This document shows, piece by piece, positions 58,374 through 64,000 of a DNA stretch of 64,000 nt. Source of the stretch: Myxococcota bacterium. GTDB lineage: Bacteria > Myxococcota_A > UBA9160 > UBA6930. The stretch covers positions 2,848,001 through 2,912,000 of the forward strand of contig OZ245015.1 in the NCBI GenBank assembly GCA_965223705.1, given 5' to 3'. The notes under the pieces are model-generated. The model was given only the letters and a program-made list of their open reading frames with translations, had not been told where the DNA came from and made no database searches. The number at the start of each line of letters is the position of its first letter. Position 1 is the first letter of the stretch. The translations under genes were made by a program, and so were the position numbers.

Positions 58374-58896
58374 ATGCCGGTGCTTCTCGACCCGACCGAC
58401 GAACGAAAACCCGTGACCCGCGACCGCACGCCGCGCCCCGGAAACCTCTCCGGCGTAGTCGGCCTCCTCGATATCAGCAAGGCCCGGGGAGACGTGTTTC
58501 TCGCGCACCTGGCCCACGAAGCTACGGCGGGAGCACCCCGATATCGAGGTGCGTACCTACCGGAAGCCGACGTTCGCGAGGCCGGCGCCGGCGGATCTCC
58601 GCCGGCAAATCGCGGAAGAGTGCGGGTTCGTGATCGAAGCCCTCGCGGATTGAGGCTCCTGCACGACGTGCAGTGTGCACGACACGGTCCACTTCGAATC
58701 TCTCGGAATTCCCTCGGTCTTCGTCGCGTCGAGCGTCTTCGAAGAAGCGGCAGACGCCCAGGCCGAAGCCCTGGGTCTTCCCGACGTCGCACGCGTCTTC
58801 GTGCCCCATCCTATCCAGGACGCGAACGACGCAGAGCTCGCCGAGCGCGCGGCAGCTGCCCTGCGCCCGATCGTCGCGTCACTCGCGGGAGGCTGA
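58374..58896 (+). CDS. UGSC-family selenoprotein (Sec UGA at 58651-58653); one apparent extra base at ~58513-58515
   Basis: Removing one C from GGCCCACG joins MPVLLDPT...LLDISKARGDVFL to YRKPTFARPAP...VIEALAD-U-GSCTTCSVHD...GIPSV...VPHPIQ; stop at 58894-58896. Confidence 0.8.
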
Positions 58897-59084
58897 GCCG
58901 GCAACTCCATCGGCGTTTCGTTGCGCAGCCGAACGGAAACTCGTCTCCTCGAGCTTGCCTCGGGAAATAAATTCGTCACCTAACCGGTGTGGGCGTGCAC
59001 CTACAGACCGTCGAAAGGCGGGCCGATAGGCCTGTCGACGATGATTGCTGTCTTCTCTGTTACGACCCTTAAGGGGACCTTGCC

Positions 59085-59693
59085 ATGACAACGACTACGC
59101 GGATCAAGCGAGCCCTACTCGCTTCCCTACTTGGAATCGCAGCGTTTGCTCTTCCGCTCGCAGCTTCGGCGGTCACCCTGACGTTCGATGACGCCGCAAG
59201 CCTGGGCGCCTATTCCGACCTGACCTTCAGCGGAAGCGCTTACATCTGGGATACGGCCGGCCACGAGTCGGTGCTGACGAATCCGCTGGGAACCCACTTT
59301 ACGACCGAAGACGTTCTCTGCGTATCAGCTGCGTGTGTGGGCTCCGTCGACATCACGTTCTCGAGTGACATGGACTTCGTCTCGGTTGCCGTTCTCTCCG
59401 GACCGGGAAGCGATGTGGTCTCCGCAGCGGCGTCTCTCGAAGCTTTCGATGCTTCGGGAAACTCGTTGGGCATCGCTTTCGCGGGTAGCGGTGTGCAATA
59501 CGACACGCTCTCGATCTCAGCAGTCGGCATCGCAAGCATCCGTCTCACGGGTGGCAGCGCCGTCGAAGTCTTCGACGATCTGACCTACGAGTCCGAGTCC
59601 GGTCAGGAACCGCCGCACATGCCCGAGCCGGGCGCTGCGCTGCTCTTTGGGCTCGGCATCACCAGCGTGATGCTGCGAAAGCGCGCTCGCTAG
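59085..59693 (+). CDS. PEP-CTERM sorting domain protein
   Basis: Signal peptide ending ASA; C-terminal MPEPGAALLFGLGITSVMLRKRAR. Confidence 0.88.
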   Translation: MTTTTRIKRALLASLLGIAAFALPLAASAVTLTFDDAASLGAYSDLTFSGSAYIWDTAGHESVLTNPLGTHFTTEDVLCVSAACVGSVDITFSSDMDFVSVAVLSGPGSDVVSAAASLEAFDASGNSLGIAFAGSGVQYDTLSISAVGIASIRLTGGSAVEVFDDLTYESESGQEPPHMPEPGAALLFGLGITSVMLRKRAR

Positions 59694-59722
59694 GGAGCTG
59701 CTCCGAACTTGCCTAGTTAACG

Positions 59723-59757
59723 CCGGGTGGTCCCGTTGGGGCCACCCGGTTTTTTTT
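59723..59757 (+). terminator. Rho-independent terminator
   Basis: CCGGGTGGTCCC-GTT-GGGGCCACCCGG stem-loop followed by T8. Confidence 0.85.
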
Positions 59758-59869
59758 CGCCTTGCAAAAGCTTCGAAAAACGCGCGTCACCTATTCCTGC
59801 TTTCGGCCACTCACCCTCAGACATGCTGTGCGTGGCCCGTCCTGCGAAGCCACGCATGAGGTACAGGAA

Positions 59870-60468
59870 ATGATGAACCGCAACAGTCTCTCCACCCGAC
59901 GCTGGATCTGTGCTCTCTCGTTCGCGGCGGTGTTGTTCTTCCTCCCCGGCGCGGCCTCGGCACTCACCCTGACGTTCGACGACATGAGTGGCCTCGGCGA
60001 CGCACCGGAGGGTATTACGTTCAGCTCGGGCGCCTACATCTGGAGGACCCCCGGTCACACGTCGGTCTTGAGCAACCCCCTTGGAACTTACTATTCCACG
60101 GAAGACACGCTCTGCATCACCGCGTCCTGCATCGGCGCCGGTGATATCTACTTCGACTTCGAGATTGACGCCTTCTCGATCGTGGCTCTCTCCGGACCCG
60201 GCGTCGACCTACTCGGTTCCGGTGTCCAGATTGAAGCCTTCGATGCCGCCGGAAACTCTCTCGGCGTGGATGTCGCTGAAGCGCTCCAGTTTGATGTGCT
60301 CGCGATCTCGGCAGAAGGAATTCGACGCATTCGCTTGACTTCCACGAGCGCGGTCGAGGTGTGGGACGACATGAGCTACGAGACGGCACACACGCCCGAG
60401 CCCTCGACCGCCATTCTGCTCGGCGCGGGCCTCATGGCAATCGCTTCTCGGACCGCCGCCGACGCTAG
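59870..60468 (+). CDS. PEP-CTERM protein, paralogue of 59085..59693; apparent 1-base deletion at ~60453
   Basis: Collinear with the first copy (LTFDD...AYIW..GH.SVL.NPLGT...ED.LC...C). After TPEPSTAILLGAGLMAIASR, the -1 frame reads CGC CGC CGA CGC TAG (RRRR*). Confidence 0.8.
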
Positions 60469-60474
60469 AGGTGG

Positions 60475-61350
60475 TCACAAACCGACTGGATCCCCTGCTC
60501 TACGGGAACCGTCGATAGCGTTAGGCAGCGCTTGCAGAATCGAGGTGTCCGCGACGAGATCTCCGTCGCGGACACCGTTTATTTCGAACTTCGGAGAGAT
60601 TCCGAGAACTTCCCCGGCCATTCGCGCGATTTTGGCGACGCTTGTCGGAATCGCGTTGCCGACGTTGATAGACCCCGGGCGGAGAGTTCGGACAGGGCCG
60701 CTTCGAGCACGCGGACAGCATCGTCTCGGTGAAGGAGCGAGACACGTAGCCCTTCAGTTGGGTGACCTTTCGCTGCGTGTCGGCTGCAAGACCACGGGTT
60801 CGCCTTTCGCCACGCGTGCCACGATGTCGGGCACCATCCTGCCGTCCTGCTTCGGCCCGTAGAGTGCGAACAGCCGGAGAATCACCGTCTCAAACTCGCC
60901 CCGGAAGAACGCCGAGCACCTCCTCCCCCATCCGCTTGCTCACCGCGTAGGGACCCTCCGGCTAGAGAGCGCCGAATCCGCAGCCACGTGGTGAGGGTCC
61001 CCGAGTCCGTAGACACTTCCTGTGGACGTGAGAACGAACCGAGAGACTCCCGGCGGCAACGTGGCGAGTTCTGCCGCGCGAACCACACCGAGCGTATTCA
61101 CCGCCACCACATCGCCGCGATCGATATCACCGCGGTAGTGCCTGGACTGTGCGGCGTAGACGGCTACATCGTGAGGCCCCACCTGAGGCGTCTCGAAGCT
61201 GCGTCAAATCGAAACGAATCGACCGGCAACCTTCGAGTTCATTGCCCCCTTGTCGGCCACAAGCTGGTCACGTCGTGTCCCGCTTCGACGAGTCGCGCTC
61301 GCCAACGCACTGCCCAGGTACCCAGTCGCTCCGAACAGAAGGACTCTCAT
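60475..61350 (-). pseudogene. NAD-dependent epimerase/dehydratase, multiply frameshifted (pseudogene or sequencing errors)
   Basis: Fragments in different frames: MRVLLFGATGYLG, VNTLG...FVLTSTGSVYG, YAVSKRMGE, ILRLFALYGP, INVGN. Confidence 0.7.
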
Positions 61351-62833
61351 GCTCCATCCAATACAGCGGAGAGGACGCTTGCGAGCGTGCTCCCCACGAC
61401 CTGGTTCGAATGCCACTTCTCGTACCACTGCTTCGAACTGCCGGCCCAGATCCCTCGCGTAGGCCGGATCGTCCGCGAGGCGCTGCAGATGGTTCGCGAC
61501 TTGCTCGTCGGTCTCAGCGTGGCAGACGGGGGGTAGTTCTGGGAACGCCCATCGGTGTCGATCTGCGTCGAGGTTGAGCAGGACGGGACGCTCGAGGAAC
61601 ATGGCTTTCGGCGTGGTGCTCCCAAAGGCGCCGAGATAAAACTGGTCCGCCACAACGTCGCAAGCTTCGATGTATTCGGCCATCGCCAGATGGGGTTGCG
61701 GCTCGATCCAGTGCACTCGCCCTTCGATTCCCAGTTCGCGAATCAGCTGTCGCGACGCCTCAACGGTCGCTCCCCAGTTCACCAAAATCGCGGCCGCCCG
61801 CGGCGTCCCAGTTCCGAGGAACGCTGCGAAACCCCGCAGGAACACGTCGTTCCCTTTTTCCCAGGATGGATCGCGTCGAGCGTCCCAATGTTGGCGAGAT
61901 GGGTGGAACACGAGAAAGTCCGCGTCGTAATGTTCTCGGAGTTCCTCCCGAAAGCCGCGAGGAGGCAAGGTGCGCTCGTTGATGGGATGAGGAATGAAGC
62001 GGTATCGCGAAAGCTCGAGTGCCTCGGCCGCATCGACGTTATCGCAATTCGTGATCAGCACTTGATCGGCCTCTCGATACGTCGCCGCGCAGAGACGCCC
62101 CTCCTCACTGTCTTCGAACGGCAGCGCCCGGATCGTGCCGTGTTCGTAAGCGATGTAGGGCACTCCAGCGAGGAGCGGCATCCATCCTTCGGTCGCGTAG
62201 CCGATGACAACGTCGTAGCCCCGGAGCACACCCAACCATCGGGCCAAGTCGGCTTGCCGCGCAGCCAACTCTGTGTCGACGAGCCCATGATGGCGCGGCT
62301 TTGCCGCATCGCCGGCGTCTCGTTGCGTTGGGGTTTCTGCCGGCGATCAAGCGGCGCGCATAGCGCTCTAGGCTTCGGCGATCCCCCCGCACGATTTCAC
62401 CGATGATTTCAAGTATGCGAAAGGCCCGGTGGGCTCCGCGCACAGCGGGCGTTCGCAGCACGCGATCGACGGCCCAACGCCACCCCTTCTCCTTGACGCC
62501 ACCGCTCTGCATCGCCGCGAGGAGTCCGCGGCACAGAGGGCGCGGCCCCTGGACAAACCACTGTGGACGTTGCCAACGGGCGAAAACCTCTTCGGGAAAG
62601 CGGGGTGAAAAGTGGTCGCCGACATCCGAAGAAAACGAGCACTCCTCCCATTCGGGCCACGCCATCACATGGTAGTAGTTCGATACCACGACGTGATTCT
62701 CGTAGCCTAGGTCGTTGAGAATTCGTGCATTGAGATACGCATTGTTCGCGATGTTGCCGATATGCAGGACACGCGGCGCAGGTGCATGCCGTCCGGCCCC
62801 CGCCTTCACATCGCTGCAGAGCGCCTCGTTCAC
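61347..62833 (-). pseudogene. GT4-like glycosyltransferase with at least 2 frameshifts
   Basis: RVLHIGNIANNAY, YEHGTIR, KGND, CDVVADQF..GAFGSTTPKAM...PV; GTGA/ATGA overlaps with neighbours; frame changes near 62300 and 61440. Confidence 0.7.
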
Positions 62834-64000
62834 TCGGCGTCGACGAAGTGTCTCTGGAGCCACTCGAGCGACAACAGAGACCAGATCAAAAGGCGGTGAT
62901 TCCGCTCACCCCGAAAATGCTCGGCGAGCCGGTCGTTGAGGGCCGCGTGATCAAACCACGGCCTCCCTCGTGTTTTCGGATCGAGCAGAATGTCTCGGAC
63001 GTAGTTCATCGAGGGGCCGCGAAACCAGTTCTCATCGGGTGGCGAGAAGCCTTGCTTCTTCAGGCGAGTGAATTCGCGCGGGAGAACCGATTCCATCGCT
63101 TCCCGGAGCACGAGCTTGCCTTCGGCAGTCTCCAGATGTTGGCTCGGAGTTTTCAGGGCCGAGAATTCCATCTTGAAACGCGGCGGGAGCGTCCAAGAGA
63201 ACTCGGCGAGATCGTTGTCCAAGAAGGGAACCCGCGACTCCATCCCATGAGCCATGCTCATTCGATCTTCGATGGCCAGGAAACCCGGCATGAACGTCCG
63301 AAACTCGAACGATAGGGCGCGATTCACGAGTTGTTCTTCGAGCGCGCCCTCTCCTTTTCGAGCTTGATCGACTTCCGCGCGAAACGCGTCCCAAGTCGTT
63401 CCCAGATAGGGCCGCATCCACCGTTGGAAGATGCCTCCGAGCTCGTCGATCGGAAGCAGGCGGTGCCAATAGGAAAAGTACGCCCGATCGAAGCTGTCGG
63501 TGTCGGGGTGCGCGAGGGCCAGCCGATAGCGCCAGGGGTACCCGCCGAACAGCTCGTCGCCTCCCGCGCCGGCCAGACACACTCGCACAAACCGGCTAGC
63601 CAGCTTCGAGACGTACCAGTTCTGGTGCGACATACCGAGGCGTGGATCGTCGACATGCCAGGCCAACTGCTCCATCACGGCGGGCATGTCGCCCGCATGG
63701 AGCACGACGGCGTAGTGTTCGGTCTGAAGGAGGTGGGACAAACGTTCCGCTTCGGGACGCTCGTCGAAGCCAAGCTCGATCCCGCTCACGTTCGTCAGAT
63801 CGAAACCGCCCGTAAACGTCGGCAGGCGGTCTCGCTCTCTCGCCGCGATGGCCGTGATCGATCCAGAATCCATCCCGCCAGACAGGTAGGCGCCGACCGG
63901 CACATCACTCACCAACTGCCGACGCACGGCCCGGTCGAACAGGTGGCCGAGCTGCTCGGCTGCCTCTCCGAATGTTCCTTGGAAGGGCTCTCGGGCGCGG
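62830..64000 (-). CDS. asnB: Asparagine synthase (glutamine-hydrolysing) family amidotransferase, 3' part
   Basis: SDVPVGAYLSGGMDS, GAGGDELFGGY, DRMSMAHGMESRVPFLD, KKQGF. Confidence 0.9.
   Translation of the reverse strand, partial: RAREPFQGTFGEAAEQLGHLFDRAVRRQLVSDVPVGAYLSGGMDSGSITAIAARERDRLPTFTGGFDLTNVSGIELGFDERPEAERLSHLLQTEHYAVVLHAGDMPAVMEQLAWHVDDPRLGMSHQNWYVSKLASRFVRVCLAGAGGDELFGGYPWRYRLALAHPDTDSFDRAYFSYWHRLLPIDELGGIFQRWMRPYLGTTWDAFRAEVDQARKGEGALEEQLVNRALSFEFRTFMPGFLAIEDRMSMAHGMESRVPFLDNDLAEFSWTLPPRFKMEFSALKTPSQHLETAEGKLVLREAMESVLPREFTRLKKQGFSPPDENWFRGPSMNYVRDILLDPKTRGRPWFDHAALNDRLAEHFRGERNHRLLIWSLLSLEWLQRHFVDAE

Noticed and set aside
58911..58925. Sigma-54 promoter upstream of the PEP-CTERM gene (CGGCGTTTCGTTGCG), and a similar one near 31117-31131 (-)
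   Set aside because: GG-GC spacing is N9, not the required N10. A missing base cannot be excluded for the first, given local indel errors.
58374..58970. 198-aa ORF as annotated
   Set aside because: Only the first ~47 codons are credible; the rest is out-of-frame read-through of the UGSC gene.
60469..60862. C-terminal extension of the second PEP-CTERM protein
   Set aside because: It follows a complete sorting signal whose RRRR-stop is in the -1 frame, and it is antisense to the epimerase remnant.
1..64000. Prophage, IS element, integron, retron or defence system
   Set aside because: No integrase, transposase, reverse transcriptase, phage structural or nuclease/defence motifs were recognised.

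Overview
High-GC, gene-dense chromosome segment of a diderm bacterium. Sigma-54 activators, PEP-CTERM proteins, DUF1329 and an apparent CC-only adding enzyme suggest a Myxococcota/deltaproteobacteria-like organism (inference only). 0-21 kb is a catabolic/detoxification block (thiolase, SDRs, ald plus Lrp regulator, two epoxide hydrolases, amidohydrolase, nitrilase-like protein, ADH, GST, ACAD) with tRNA-Lys(UUU). 22-27 kb holds purA, serA and aroA. 27-37 kb holds a GldA/F/G-like ABC system, an ExbB/ExbD-type motor pair, a TonB/TolA-like protein, a secreted ~1090-aa protein with ~42 Dx[DN]xDG repeats, and a sensor-less sigma-54 activator. 37-47 kb holds typA, a TPR/beta-barrel + FecR-like pair, an L,D-transpeptidase, a tRNA nucleotidyltransferase and two response regulators. 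47-54 kb holds lipA-aceE-aceF-lpdA. 54-59 kb holds MoxR/VWA, thyA and a thioredoxin-domain protein. 59-64 kb holds two PEP-CTERM paralogues and frameshifted polysaccharide genes. Main signals absent from the ORF track: (1) a ~520-nt promoter-preceded, heavily base-paired intergenic region (21698-22217) that looks like a large multi-domain non-coding RNA of no family I recognise; (2) two probable selenoproteins hidden by in-frame UGA codons (PrdB/GrdB-like UPFC at 1223-1225 on the minus strand; UGSC family at 58651-58653); (3) two sigma-54 promoters; (4) a cluster of single-base frameshifts beyond ~58.5 kb, probably sequencing errors. No CRISPR array, rRNA, transposase or integrase was seen. 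All calls come from reading motifs by eye; no searches or folding programs were run.
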